Virus record (IMG/VR): IMGVR_UViG_3300045988_098422
DNA from: a virus
Length of the DNA stretch: 64,000 bases
Reading direction: 5' to 3' (one strand)
Shown here: positions 45,038 through 53,643 of the stretch, piece after piece
Layout of the letters: each line of letters starts with the position of its first letter
Numbering within the stretch: position 1 is the first letter of the stretch
Position numbers and translations under genes: made by a program
Notes under the pieces: generated by a model
The model's input: only the letters and a program-made list of their open reading frames with translations
The model's database searches: none
What the model was told of the DNA's origin: nothing

Positions 45038-45238
45038 ATGTCAATGATAGATGATGGTGAATGCCGTGCGTGTGGCTGCACTAACGAGGAAGCGTGCGCA
45101 CGTTGCCAACAGGCAAAGAACGAAGAGAATGTACGGGAAATGCAGAAAGGATGTGCCTATCTGGGTTGTTTCGTATTTATCGGTATGATAATCGGAATAA
45201 TTATTACTTTGTTTATGATACTGCCTGTACCTAATTAA
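45038..45238 (+). CDS. small protein with C-terminal TM helix (holin-like candidate)
   Basis: Tracked ORF, 66 aa; CRACGC..CARC then LGCFVFIGMIIGIIITLFMIL. Confidence 0.45.
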   Translation: MSMIDDGECRACGCTNEEACARCQQAKNEENVREMQKGCAYLGCFVFIGMIIGIIITLFMILPVPN

Positions 45239-45316
45239 AGAAACCGGATAAGACACGTGATATCACGTATATAATAACCAAAAGTTTCTATTTTATTAAT
45301 TAAATTAAAGACGAAA

Positions 45317-45613
45317 ATGAGAAAATCAGAATTTATTAAGGCTTTAGCCGAAAACAGTGGTTTGAGCCAAAGAGATTGCGAAAAGGTGGTGGATTCGATG
45401 ACCCCTGTTATTGTTACCGAATGTGTTGAAAACGGTGGTGAAATCAGCCTGCCATTCGGTAAATTCAAACAGAAAATCAACCCTGCGAAAGTTGGTAACA
45501 ACCCGTTAACTAACAAACCGCTTGACATCCCGGAAAGTCATACACTTGGCTTCAAGCCGTCAAAGACAATTAAGGTTGTCATTGAACCGAAGAAAGCCGC
45601 TAAAAAGAACTAG
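45317..45613 (+). CDS. hup: HU/IHF-family DNA-binding protein
   Basis: MRKSEFIKALAENSGLSQRDCEKVVDSM...FGKFKQKINPAKVGNNPLTNKPLDIPESHTLGFKPSK matches the HU fold and arm pattern. Confidence 0.85.
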   Translation: MRKSEFIKALAENSGLSQRDCEKVVDSMTPVIVTECVENGGEISLPFGKFKQKINPAKVGNNPLTNKPLDIPESHTLGFKPSKTIKVVIEPKKAAKKN

Positions 45614-45728
45614 TATTGTGTTTACATAATACAATTATTTTCATATTTTTATATTCTTAATTTAATTGTTGCCATCTAAAAGTGCGTGAGCATAAGTAGG
45701 GTGTTTAATGTTGAAATCATATTTTCGG

Positions 45729-45762
45729 AGCCGTTGCCCGTGAGGGTTGCGGCTTTTATTTT
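45729..45762 (+). terminator. rho-independent terminator
   Basis: AGCCGTTGCCC-GTGA-GGGTTGCGGCT (GNRA loop, 2 wobbles and 1 mismatch) then TTTTATTTT. Confidence 0.6.
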
Positions 45763-45794
45763 GAATTTATGTAAAGAATTTCCCGAGTGTTTCC

Positions 45795-45824
45795 TTGGAT
45801 ATTCCATAAGAACCCGTACATTTG
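45795..45824 (+). promoter_or_regulatory. Bacteroidota-type promoter in conserved cassette
   Basis: TTG 45795-97, 19-nt spacer, TACATTTG 45817-24; upstream AAGAATTTCCCGAGTGTTTCC arm. Confidence 0.7.
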
Positions 45825-45864
45825 CGTAGTCAATTAATTTGGGTGATACTATAAAATAGAATAT

Positions 45865-46182
45865 ATGGACTACAAAGAATTTAGAGCTGAAATGGAAGAC
45901 TTGGAAGAACAGTACAAGTTGGAAAAGAAACGCATTTTAACCGAGTACGTAATGTCGTGGTGTCCCTATAAAGTCGGGGACTTGGTACGTGACCACATTG
46001 GATACGTAAAAATTCTCAGCATTCACCCTATTATCGGCATCTGCAATAAAGTGGATATAATGATGAAAGGTGTGGAATATACCGTTAAGAAAGAACCTAA
46101 AAAGAACGGGGTAACTCGTCAAATTTATCACAGTAATATTGAACAGTATGAAAACAGCACCAAGAAAGAAAACAACAAGTAA
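45865..46182 (+). CDS. hypothetical protein
   Basis: Tracked ORF, 105 aa. Confidence 0.55.
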   Translation: MDYKEFRAEMEDLEEQYKLEKKRILTEYVMSWCPYKVGDLVRDHIGYVKILSIHPIIGICNKVDIMMKGVEYTVKKEPKKNGVTRQIYHSNIEQYENSTKKENNK

Positions 46183-46633
46183 GCCCCAGACAGTTCCTGA
46201 CAGCGGGCAACCATGTATTATCTATTCCCCCACAAAAGTAAAAACGGCTACTCATGGAGATTTTTGCCGTAGGTGGTTTGGCGTGGTAGATATGAGTGAT
46301 GCGATAGGAAAGCATTATGCCCCTATATTGAGCACTCACGGAGAACATTTTGAGTTTCGTGTAGCACGGTTTCATAATTTTAGAGATATCAAAACAGAGG
46401 AACCCCGCACGATAGTGCGATGTGTGGAAACAGGCGAAGTTTGGATACTTAAACCTAATTGGGCAAAATCCTTGACTAAGACTGATGAAGATACCAAACA
46501 AACCATCATTCTCATTCCGCAGCCTGTTAAAAACTACCGTCAGGTATTGGACTTTATGAAACTATTTTACAGTGACGGAGAAACGATGAAACGTTTAATT
46601 AGTATCGGCAGAATTAAAGAGATACTGAAATAA
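46148..46633 (+). CDS. hypothetical protein
   Basis: Tracked ORF; start moved from TTG 46139 to ATG 46148 (35-nt overlap remains). Confidence 0.5.
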   Translation: MKTAPRKKTTSKPQTVPDSGQPCIIYSPTKVKTATHGDFCRRWFGVVDMSDAIGKHYAPILSTHGEHFEFRVARFHNFRDIKTEEPRTIVRCVETGEVWILKPNWAKSLTKTDEDTKQTIILIPQPVKNYRQVLDFMKLFYSDGETMKRLISIGRIKEILK

Positions 46634-46645
46634 TACCAAAAGATT

Positions 46646-47413
46646 ATGGAAAAGGAATTAAAAACACTGTTGCGCAAGTTGGCAGCCGAATATGAAACAA
46701 AAGATTTCATAAACGATGACCCCGTGCGCTTTGCTCATGCCTATGCTGACAAACAGGATATGGAAATCGTAGGGTTCATCGCTTCTTGGTTGGCGTATGG
46801 CAATCGCAAGGTTATTGTTACCACTATACAGGCACTTATCAACGAAATGAATTACCTGTCATCAGGTAGCCCGTTTGTCTTTATAGTGGAACGCAGGTGG
46901 GAACAGATGGAGCACCTAAAAGATGCCACCCTGTACCGCTTCTACAAATGGAGTGATTTCTACGACTTGTGCGAACGCCTGTATGACATTTACCAGAACT
47001 TCACCACTATGGAACAGGCAGTTTGCAAACAGTACGATGAAATTAAGAACCCTGATTGGGTGCAATCAGTTCTAAACCTGTTTCCAGGAGTTAAGGGCGT
47101 GCCAAAAGATACGAAGAGTGCCTGCAAGCGGGTTTGCATGTTCATGCGTTGGATGGTGCGGTGGGGCAGCGATGTTGACCTCGGTATATGGTCTTTCGTT
47201 CCTACTAGCAAACTAATCGTACCACTGGACACTCACGTCGCTCGTATGGCTCGTCAATTGGGTCTTATTGCCGTAAAAGGCAATAACATGAGAGCAGCGT
47301 ACCAATTAACACAGCAATGTCGTCTAGCGTTCCCAAACGACCCCGCAAAAGCTGACTTCGCATTATTCGGATATGGTATAACACATAAAGACAAGAAAAA
47401 TGAATTGTACTAA
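46646..47413 (+). CDS. TIGR02757/DUF2400-family protein
   Basis: FINDDPVRFAHAYADKQDMEIVGFIASWLAYGNRKVIV matches my recollection of the family N-terminal signature (DPI..h.f....D.E..gf.a...a.G.R..I); 255 aa. Confidence 0.6.
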   Translation: MEKELKTLLRKLAAEYETKDFINDDPVRFAHAYADKQDMEIVGFIASWLAYGNRKVIVTTIQALINEMNYLSSGSPFVFIVERRWEQMEHLKDATLYRFYKWSDFYDLCERLYDIYQNFTTMEQAVCKQYDEIKNPDWVQSVLNLFPGVKGVPKDTKSACKRVCMFMRWMVRWGSDVDLGIWSFVPTSKLIVPLDTHVARMARQLGLIAVKGNNMRAAYQLTQQCRLAFPNDPAKADFALFGYGITHKDKKNELY

Positions 47414-47621
47414 CGAAACTATATTCTTGATTATCGTCCTGTTATTTGCAGGTGTATTCATTGTATTGCGACACCTGTACGCAGAACGTCACCCTCGGTG
47501 CATACATTGCGGCAAACGTAGCCGTCGCAAGAATTGGCGACCTGTAAATTATTACAAGAGTAAAAATTCCGGACATCACATTTGTCCAAAGTGTAACCGC
47601 ATCAGCAAAATTGAATTTTAG
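47400..47621 (+). CDS. small membrane protein with zinc ribbon
   Basis: TM IFLIIVLLFAGVFIVL; CIHCGK...CPKCNR. Confidence 0.5.
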   Translation: MNCTNETIFLIIVLLFAGVFIVLRHLYAERHPRCIHCGKRSRRKNWRPVNYYKSKNSGHHICPKCNRISKIEF

Positions 47622-47622
47622 T

Positions 47623-47886
47623 ATGCTCAAAGTTCACGGATTTCACATAAAATTCACCGTGCATACCATTATGTCAGAGGGCGGTGATGTAGCCATGGAA
47701 GAGGATTATACACTTTCCTATCGCACGGAAGAATGGGAACCGGAAAGCCCAAACAATCTAAAGCTCTCTAAAACGCACATTCAGGGCGCAACGGGTATAA
47801 TTGCTAAGGATTTGGGCGTTCATCGTTCACAGATAAGAGTGACCGACATTTACAAAGTACATAACAGCTTAATAATAGAAGAATGA
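47623..47886 (+). CDS. hypothetical protein
   Basis: Start moved from TTG 47611 to ATG 47623, 1 nt after previous stop. Confidence 0.5.
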   Translation: MLKVHGFHIKFTVHTIMSEGGDVAMEEDYTLSYRTEEWEPESPNNLKLSKTHIQGATGIIAKDLGVHRSQIRVTDIYKVHNSLIIEE

Positions 47887-47984
47887 AAAGGTTATTGAAA
47901 TTAATGTTTGGGGATTGGGCTGAAATAAAGCTCGTTCTTTTCGCAGCTATTATTCTATTTATATTGGCTTTAATTTTGGTATAA
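47883..47984 (+). CDS. very small TM peptide (33 aa)
   Basis: ATGA overlap with the previous stop; hand-translated MKRLLKLMFGDWAEIKLVLFAAIILFILALILV; ends 2 nt before the next ATG. Confidence 0.35.
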   Translation: MKRLLKLMFGDWAEIKLVLFAAIILFILALILV

Positions 47985-47986
47985 TT

Positions 47987-48316
47987 ATGAACGATGAACT
48001 ATTAAAGATGCTACCTATGTCAGAAATTGATGCTGACATTCACAGTTCGGCTCCGGGTTATTGGCAACAAACTAAGCGTCCAAGCATTTGGAGTGCGTGG
48101 AAACAAGGGGCACAATGGGAACGCAACAGAGCTAAGAAAGAGGGTGGCTGGATATCAGTAAAGGAAAGCCCGCCTACGACTGACGGTTTGTATTTTACAA
48201 AGGGTGGATTCAGAAAGTACAATATTATGTACTTTCGTGATGGCAAGTTTTTCACACACCGTCACAGTGACACCTACGATAGTGGAATTGAATTTTATAA
48301 ACCCGTAGAAAATTAA
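47987..48316 (+). CDS. hypothetical protein
   Basis: Tracked ORF, 109 aa. Confidence 0.5.
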   Translation: MNDELLKMLPMSEIDADIHSSAPGYWQQTKRPSIWSAWKQGAQWERNRAKKEGGWISVKESPPTTDGLYFTKGGFRKYNIMYFRDGKFFTHRHSDTYDSGIEFYKPVEN

Positions 48317-48321
48317 TAATT

Positions 48322-48711
48322 ATGGACAAGAAACAAAGAAAAGCAAATCAGAAACTGCAACAGGCGCAGAACTTTGCGGAAAATTTACGAGCGAATCAGA
48401 ATTTACCTTTAGAGGAAAAGGCACGTAGAACTAAAGTTATCAGCCCCGAAATAGGCAAACACTTGAAATTCGCTATTTTAAAAGAAAATATTTACTTTGA
48501 TTCCTATTGGGCTCTTCCGACAAAGCGTAGAAACCTACCGTCTTTAAGCGGAAATATCGCCCCATTTATGCGTAAAGGGACTCTTGTGAGTTATGAGCAT
48601 ATCATCAATGATGAATGTGCTTTTACGGACAGCAACCACAACATTATCATCGGGAAATGTTGGCAGGCTAAAACCGTAATATCCGAAACCACTTTAACAC
48701 CACAGCCATGA
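48322..48711 (+). CDS. hypothetical protein
   Basis: Tracked ORF, 129 aa. Confidence 0.5.
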   Translation: MDKKQRKANQKLQQAQNFAENLRANQNLPLEEKARRTKVISPEIGKHLKFAILKENIYFDSYWALPTKRRNLPSLSGNIAPFMRKGTLVSYEHIINDECAFTDSNHNIIIGKCWQAKTVISETTLTPQP

Positions 48712-48981
48712 CAAGAACAGAAAGAAATTTACACATGGGAAAATTTGCTACCGCACATCCCGAAAAGTCGCTAACTTATAGTGAAGCGTATGCGCTGGCT
48801 CAAAAAAGGCGCAAAGATAACTCACCGTTATATGGCAGCTAACGAATGGATGACCGTATTACCGAATGGGCGCATTTGTTTTGAGGACGGATGTGAGCAA
48901 ACTATTGTTGAATTTTGGGCTGCACGTCGCAACCAAACAGGATGGACAGACGGTTGGAGCGTATTTAACGAAGCCAAATAG
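48708..48981 (+). CDS. DUF2829-like protein, frame broken at A6 tract (48802-48807)
   Basis: Frame 0 from ATG 48708 (or 48735) gives ...LTYSEAYALAQK and stops at 48845. Frame +1 (tracked ORF 48781..48981) gives KGAKITHRYMAANEWMTVLPNGRICFEDG... With A5 the two join as SEAYALAQKGAKITHR, resembling the F.EAl.alk.GkkvrR signature. Confidence 0.45.
48802..48807 (+). repeat. A6 tract at frame junction
   Basis: CTC/CAA AAA AGG counted directly. Confidence 0.9.
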
Positions 48982-49039
48982 TGAGGAAAGTGCACGCTTC
49001 ACTATAAGGGTAGATTATTAATAACTAAATTTTAGTAAA

Positions 49040-49661
49040 ATGAAGAAAGATTTTATTACAGTTCTTCCCGAATCGGGGGGGGGGTGACGCACAGGTTCAA
49101 GTAACCGCTGACGTCAATCCAAGTTTCGCAAGTCGTGAAACTACTATCAATTTTAACGCCAACGGGCAAGTTCTTAAAAGTATTCGGGCTGTTCAGGACG
49201 GTATGCCGTTTGTTTGTCAATTAGGTTTTGATGCACCTGCTAATTTAAGTCAAGGGTTCTTTATTCAATATTTTGGGCTTACTCGTACAGGTGGAACTAA
49301 TGGCTGTCCGCTAATAAATGGAATTATAGCCAGAATTATAAAGTTAGACAACGACTTTAAATTAATTCCTATGTTTGGTTGTTTGCGTTCATTTTGGAAA
49401 GAAACCGATGATAAAGAATTAATTGCCGAGCTTAGATGGACGGACAATACAGGGTATGAAGTTGGGAAAACGTACCTAAATTTTACTTTTGACAACGAAG
49501 ACGGTGAGGAGTGGGCTAATTATACCGCTGAATTTAGCGGGTCGGATTTAGTTGTGCCGAGTGATGCTTACAGATTAAGAGTGAGTGTTGGCTTTGGACG
49601 TGGTGATGTTGGTATCGAAGATAATAATTACATTTGGCAGTATTATTTATCTTTCCAATAA
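49040..49661 (+). CDS. poly-G paralog family member B (G10, frame-shifted OFF as written)
   Basis: ATG 49040 gives MKKDFITVLPESGGG then TGA. With G9 it reads SGGGDAQVQVTADVNPSFASRETTINFNANGQVLKSIRAVQDGMPFVCQ..., in frame with tracked ORF 49203..49661. Confidence 0.7.
49075..49084 (+). repeat. G10 homopolymer
   Basis: aatcGGGGGG GGGGtgac counted directly. Confidence 0.95.
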
Positions 49662-49671
49662 AATCAGATTT

Positions 49672-49691
49672 TCCCGGAAGAAATTCCGGGA
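49672..49691 (+). terminator. terminator hairpin of cassette
   Basis: TCCCGGAA-GAAA-TTCCGGGA then TTTTCTTTG. Confidence 0.7.
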
Positions 49692-49696
49692 TTTTC

Positions 49697-49727
49697 TTTG
49701 ATATGTCAATTAGTCTGCCTACATTTG
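49697..49727 (+). promoter_or_regulatory. Bacteroidota-type promoter in conserved cassette
   Basis: TTTG 49697-700, 19-nt spacer, TACATTTG 49720-27, leader CAGTGTCAATCAATAG. Confidence 0.7.
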
Positions 49728-49768
49728 CAGTGTCAATCAATAGTTATTCACTTTAAAACTCAAATGTT

Positions 49769-50041
49769 ATGGCAAACTTACAAGAATTTCATTTTAGTAC
49801 AGGCGTTAAGCCTTACAGTCACATTCCAGCCGTTCCAGTAGGAAAACATGAATTTGTTGACGGCAACGGTGTAAAGATAATTCGCTTCTATTGTGAAGAT
49901 GTGCCACAGGGCGCACAGTTTCAATTCGCTTCACCTTATCCCAACTGCAAAGAAGCCGCTTATGAACATTGGATTGTTCGTGAAATTGTTGATGGTGGTT
50001 TAGCCTCTAAATATGCTTACTTTTATTTGCCAACGTTATGA
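49769..50041 (+). CDS. hypothetical protein
   Basis: Tracked ORF, 90 aa. Confidence 0.55.
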   Translation: MANLQEFHFSTGVKPYSHIPAVPVGKHEFVDGNGVKIIRFYCEDVPQGAQFQFASPYPNCKEAAYEHWIVREIVDGGLASKYAYFYLPTL

Positions 50042-50223
50042 AGAATACTGTAAAAATTCGCATTACAAAAATGGAATATAAACGTAACTGTGAAAACTTT
50101 TGTAATACGGTTTTAATGTTACGTAAAGCCCGCAATATAGGTGATGAAGAAACGGTTAATCATTACGTATTAAGCCGATTAAACAGCCAGAAAGGAGACA
50201 AATTTGATTTTGAAATTCTTTAA
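50038..50223 (+). CDS. hypothetical protein
   Basis: Tracked ORF, 61 aa, ATGA overlap. Confidence 0.45.
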   Translation: MKNTVKIRITKMEYKRNCENFCNTVLMLRKARNIGDEETVNHYVLSRLNSQKGDKFDFEIL

Positions 50224-50235
50224 TACTAAATAATC

Positions 50236-50484
50236 ATGAAAGCCATTGTAGAAAACCCGCTTTTGGATATGCGTGTCTACGCAGCTAGTTTATTCGTTGA
50301 AATTCTTAACGAAATAACTGCCTGTAAAAACGAAGAAGAATTACGTCGCTGTGTAAGGTTATTAGAAAAACGCCATAAATACGATAAACCAGAATTATCA
50401 TGGTATTTTAAATGGGGCTTCGGTCATAATCATTTTTGGGTGAGTGACCTTAACGGGGTTCGTCTGATATTTGTGGAGTTTTAA
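50236..50484 (+). CDS. hypothetical protein
   Basis: Tracked ORF, 82 aa. Confidence 0.5.
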   Translation: MKAIVENPLLDMRVYAASLFVEILNEITACKNEEELRRCVRLLEKRHKYDKPELSWYFKWGFGHNHFWVSDLNGVRLIFVEF

Positions 50485-50494
50485 GAAACTCCAC
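50473..50494 (+). terminator. hairpin overlapping stop codon
   Basis: GTGGAGTT-TTAAGA-AACTCCAC. Confidence 0.45.
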
Positions 50495-50500
50495 TACTTA

Positions 50501-50511
50501 TGCGTATATTT
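50501..50511 (+). promoter_or_regulatory. TGCGTATATTT motif, copy 1 (candidate second promoter class)
   Basis: Exact 11-mer shared with 53644 and 56825; 35 nt upstream of ATG 50546; no -33 TTG. Confidence 0.4.
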
Positions 50512-50545
50512 CACAAAATTTATTAACTTCCTAAAATAAAGAAAG

Positions 50546-51322
50546 ATGGATTTAAAAGACAAAAGAATTGTATTTGTAGGGCTGGACGATGTGCTTATTA
50601 AAACACATTCTAACAAAGAAAAGCCCGTGGGCGTATGGGACATGGAATTCAACCTGAATGTGTTGGAAAAGCTGAAACAACTCAACCCGATTGCTATCTT
50701 TGTTGTAAGCAACCAACCGGACATTCCTGCCAAATTGCACCCGTCACTGTTCCAAGCGAAGTTCGTGTATGTTATTGCGGCACTTCAGGAATACATTGGT
50801 ATGACGGTTTTCCCCGCTGGACAGTATGCGCCTGAAATGCCAGAGGGCGAAGCTCCTATCGCTATGCCGAATTCGACTATGTTGTTGACAATGTTTAATG
50901 AGTTCCTAGCAACGTCTCGTATGGAGCTTAATAGAGAGGATTGCGTAGTGATTGGTACGGGTGAAGAGTATGCGGGTGCGGCTCAAGCCTTTGGATGTGA
51001 TTATTTGGACGTGGCACATTTGTTGGAAGAAAATTTGGGCGAGCCTCTATTCAAGCTCGTATGGAATATTCCGTCCTACGATTTGGTGATTGACCCCGAA
51101 AATCAAGCTATTATGGAAAATCTACCGTGGGAATTTGCGGTTCACCGTGCGGAACAGATTAACAAGCTGCCATTTAAACAAGCAGATGTCCTTGTCGTGG
51201 CTCAAAAATGGGCAACTCCAAAACCTATGGAACATAAAGAATTTAAAGTAGATGCTCGCAAGTTGTCAAAAGGGGCTCAACGAAAAGTTGCGATGCAAAT
51301 TAAGAAAGGAGGGAAGAAGTAA
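50546..51322 (+). CDS. hypothetical protein; N-terminal HAD-IIIA-like region with non-canonical motif I (tentative)
   Basis: RIVFVGLDDVLIKT ... IFVVSNQPDI resembles PNKP/GmhB phosphatase motifs I and II, but the nucleophile Asp position is Gly. Confidence 0.4.
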   Translation: MDLKDKRIVFVGLDDVLIKTHSNKEKPVGVWDMEFNLNVLEKLKQLNPIAIFVVSNQPDIPAKLHPSLFQAKFVYVIAALQEYIGMTVFPAGQYAPEMPEGEAPIAMPNSTMLLTMFNEFLATSRMELNREDCVVIGTGEEYAGAAQAFGCDYLDVAHLLEENLGEPLFKLVWNIPSYDLVIDPENQAIMENLPWEFAVHRAEQINKLPFKQADVLVVAQKWATPKPMEHKEFKVDARKLSKGAQRKVAMQIKKGGKK

Positions 51323-51957
51323 TGGCTATAATTAACGTAGAACTCCGCATGATGATTGCCGAACGTTTGGCAAATGACAATTACCGTGAAGAAATTAAAG
51401 AGGTAAAAGAATCGTTACGCCTGCACCTATTAGCCTACCTCAAGGAGAATTATATTCCTAAAGAAGTACAAACAGTGTTTGAAAAGTATCCACAGTTTTT
51501 CAAGGCAGTTGAGGCAATTTACATAGCTTCCTACAACTTTAAGAATTATCTGCCTGCTGAATGGGGAAGCCGTACTCATCACGCAGATATTAATTTCCAT
51601 GAAAGTTTGCCCCTAGACAAAGAAGAGGTTTACACTTTACTGAAATCCATTCCTAAAGAAAACTATATCCACGAATTAATGCGCAAGTATTTTAAATTGG
51701 AAATGGACAGGTACTTTATGGAAAAGCGGTTGAAATGTATTATGCAGACCCAACGGTTCACACCAAAGACATTGGAGCAAGACTTTCCAGAGGCTTACAA
51801 AGTGTATTTGGACATTACGACTTCTGATGCTTACGACAGTGCCAAAGAACCAAACGGAGCAACCGCTACCCTCTGTGATAATATTGAAAATATTCGTGCC
51901 CAACTAAAAACGAACAGAAATGTTGAAGAAAAAGTACAAGCCAAGTCGGCTGAATAA
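51322..51957 (+). CDS. hypothetical protein
   Basis: Tracked ORF, 211 aa, TAATG overlap. Confidence 0.55.
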   Translation: MAIINVELRMMIAERLANDNYREEIKEVKESLRLHLLAYLKENYIPKEVQTVFEKYPQFFKAVEAIYIASYNFKNYLPAEWGSRTHHADINFHESLPLDKEEVYTLLKSIPKENYIHELMRKYFKLEMDRYFMEKRLKCIMQTQRFTPKTLEQDFPEAYKVYLDITTSDAYDSAKEPNGATATLCDNIENIRAQLKTNRNVEEKVQAKSAE

Positions 51958-51979
51958 ATGGTACACTAAACACTTCGTT

Positions 51980-52003
51980 CTGACCCCGTGTATGCGGGGT
52001 CAG
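51980..52003 (+). terminator. hairpin (9-bp perfect stem)
   Basis: CTGACCCCG-TGTATG-CGGGGTCAG; no T-run. Confidence 0.45.
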
Positions 52004-52042
52004 GCAGAAGTTACTGAAGTAGTGCTCGTTTGGTGGTGTTTT

Positions 52043-52270
52043 ATGTCGTTTTTATATAACGATAGTTTGCTCAATATAATTTGTGCGCATGGCGCAACCT
52101 TTATAGAAATATTAAAGAAGGAAAATGACACCTATACGCAACAATTTGTTTTTAATGCTAATGGTGAAACTATGTGTATTCCGTCCAGTAAAGGGCGAAG
52201 AGAAAGATATTTCAAACAAATCAACGGGATTATTTACGAAATTACGTATGATACCCCACCTGATGAATAA
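52043..52270 (+). CDS. hypothetical protein
   Basis: Start moved to ATG 52043 because tracked start 51920 overlaps the upstream gene and reads through the hairpin. Confidence 0.45.
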   Translation: MSFLYNDSLLNIICAHGATFIEILKKENDTYTQQFVFNANGETMCIPSSKGRRERYFKQINGIIYEITYDTPPDE

Positions 52271-52289
52271 CAATTAAATATCAACGATT

Positions 52290-52667
52290 ATGCTAATTTA
52301 TTTGAATGGAATACCCCTGCAAGGTAATGCACACGATGCACGGGTTCAATCCGCATTACCTTTGTCACGTATTGTTGAAGTGACGGAAGTGGAACAAATA
52401 CCTCGTTTTGGTGACAAATGGGTGTTTAGTATTCGTCTTGATGATGGGCAAGTTGTGTGCTCTGAACCTTGCGAAACTCAACAAGAGGCTGAAATGCACC
52501 AATTGTCCACAGTAAGTCAAATTAATGCTTTAGAAGTGTACGAGCACCGTTTAAAATGTGATTTGCCCGTGTCAAACATTGCTTGTCATTATGTGGATGT
52601 AGCTAAAAAACAATTGATACAATTTTCGTTAGACCCGTTGTATCCAGTATTCACTATTAAAATTTAA
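52290..52667 (+). CDS. hypothetical protein
   Basis: Tracked ORF, 125 aa. Confidence 0.5.
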   Translation: MLIYLNGIPLQGNAHDARVQSALPLSRIVEVTEVEQIPRFGDKWVFSIRLDDGQVVCSEPCETQQEAEMHQLSTVSQINALEVYEHRLKCDLPVSNIACHYVDVAKKQLIQFSLDPLYPVFTIKI

Positions 52668-52671
52668 TTTC

Positions 52672-53520
52672 ATGGAAGTAGTAAAATATGTTATAGCCTA
52701 TCAATTTTTGCCCGGAAAATTACCCAGATATATATCACGTTCTGTAAGCGTTGACGAAAGTCTTGATGCTGATGTTATGCTCCATCTTTGTGAAGTATTT
52801 GTAAACAGAGAAGAAACGACGGATGCAAGATACTTCGGCAAGCCTTATATTATTGGGGCTTTCACTAACAATTCAAAATTTCCTAATTTTTGCTTTGCAT
52901 GTAACACAAACGCTGATTTGAGTATTTGCCGCACATGCAAAATGAAGAAACAGGCGTTGCAGGCTTTAAAAGAGCAAGAGACTCCTGATAATTTAGGTCA
53001 GGAAGAAGAACAGAAAAACCAAAGTTTTGACCCGAATAATACGCCAAAAGAAAGAATGAAAGAGCCGTATTATTGCTTCGTTTACGAAGGAACATTTATG
53101 AAGATGTCAGAAAATGGTGACAATCCTCCTATCAGCAAGCTAATATTGAAATTTTACGAAAAGAAGCCTCTTGTTCTTAACGAATGGTTGCAGAACAAAT
53201 TCAAGGAAGAATTTGAAAAACAACAAAAAGAATTCGGCTGGAGCTTGGTAGGTTTGACCCTCGTTAATGTTGAGCCAACAGGCAGTTATTCTGACCCCTC
53301 GTGTTTCCACCCTAACGAACCTTACAGAATGTATTGGGTACGTGTGCAGGATATGTCTCAGAAAGAGGGCGGTGTAAACTGGATTCCAGGATTTGAACAG
53401 AACGGTAAAATGTGGAGTGTTATCGGTGAATTACTTGACCCCGACAGCCCAGATGACACCCGTCCTTTTAAGGATTCACCTTTTGAAGATTACGTAGTAG
53501 TCCGTAAACCTGGAAATTAG
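52672..53520 (+). CDS. hypothetical protein
   Basis: Tracked ORF, 282 aa; CFACN..CRTC Cys pairs. Confidence 0.55.
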   Translation: MEVVKYVIAYQFLPGKLPRYISRSVSVDESLDADVMLHLCEVFVNREETTDARYFGKPYIIGAFTNNSKFPNFCFACNTNADLSICRTCKMKKQALQALKEQETPDNLGQEEEQKNQSFDPNNTPKERMKEPYYCFVYEGTFMKMSENGDNPPISKLILKFYEKKPLVLNEWLQNKFKEEFEKQQKEFGWSLVGLTLVNVEPTGSYSDPSCFHPNEPYRMYWVRVQDMSQKEGGVNWIPGFEQNGKMWSVIGELLDPDSPDDTRPFKDSPFEDYVVVRKPGN

Positions 53521-53542
53521 CCCTCTATTGCCATTTTATATT

Positions 53543-53575
53543 GAGCACCGGACAATTGCTTCGGTGCTCTTTTTA
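53543..53575 (+). terminator. rho-independent terminator
   Basis: GAGCACCG-11 nt-CGGTGCTC then TTTTTATTT. Confidence 0.7.
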
Positions 53576-53643
53576 TTTGCCTGTATAGACGCTTAAAATG
53601 CGTTATGTTTTGTGGAACTTCTTTTGTGTTGACTGATGAAAAT

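Noticed and set aside
45614-45864. tRNA or other small RNA genes in the longer intergenic regions (also 35175-35757, 55702-55944, 58983-59580)
   Set aside because: No cloverleaf-compatible segment or GTTCRANYC-type T-loop was seen by eye. Only terminator and promoter elements were recognised. This cannot be fully excluded without tRNAscan or Infernal.
49203-49661. Met 49203 (and GTG 54732, ATG 57061) as true starts of paralogs B, C and D
   Set aside because: The conserved family N-module, with its own ATG and identical ATGAAGAAAGATTT start context, lies upstream in a different frame and is separated only by the poly-G tract.
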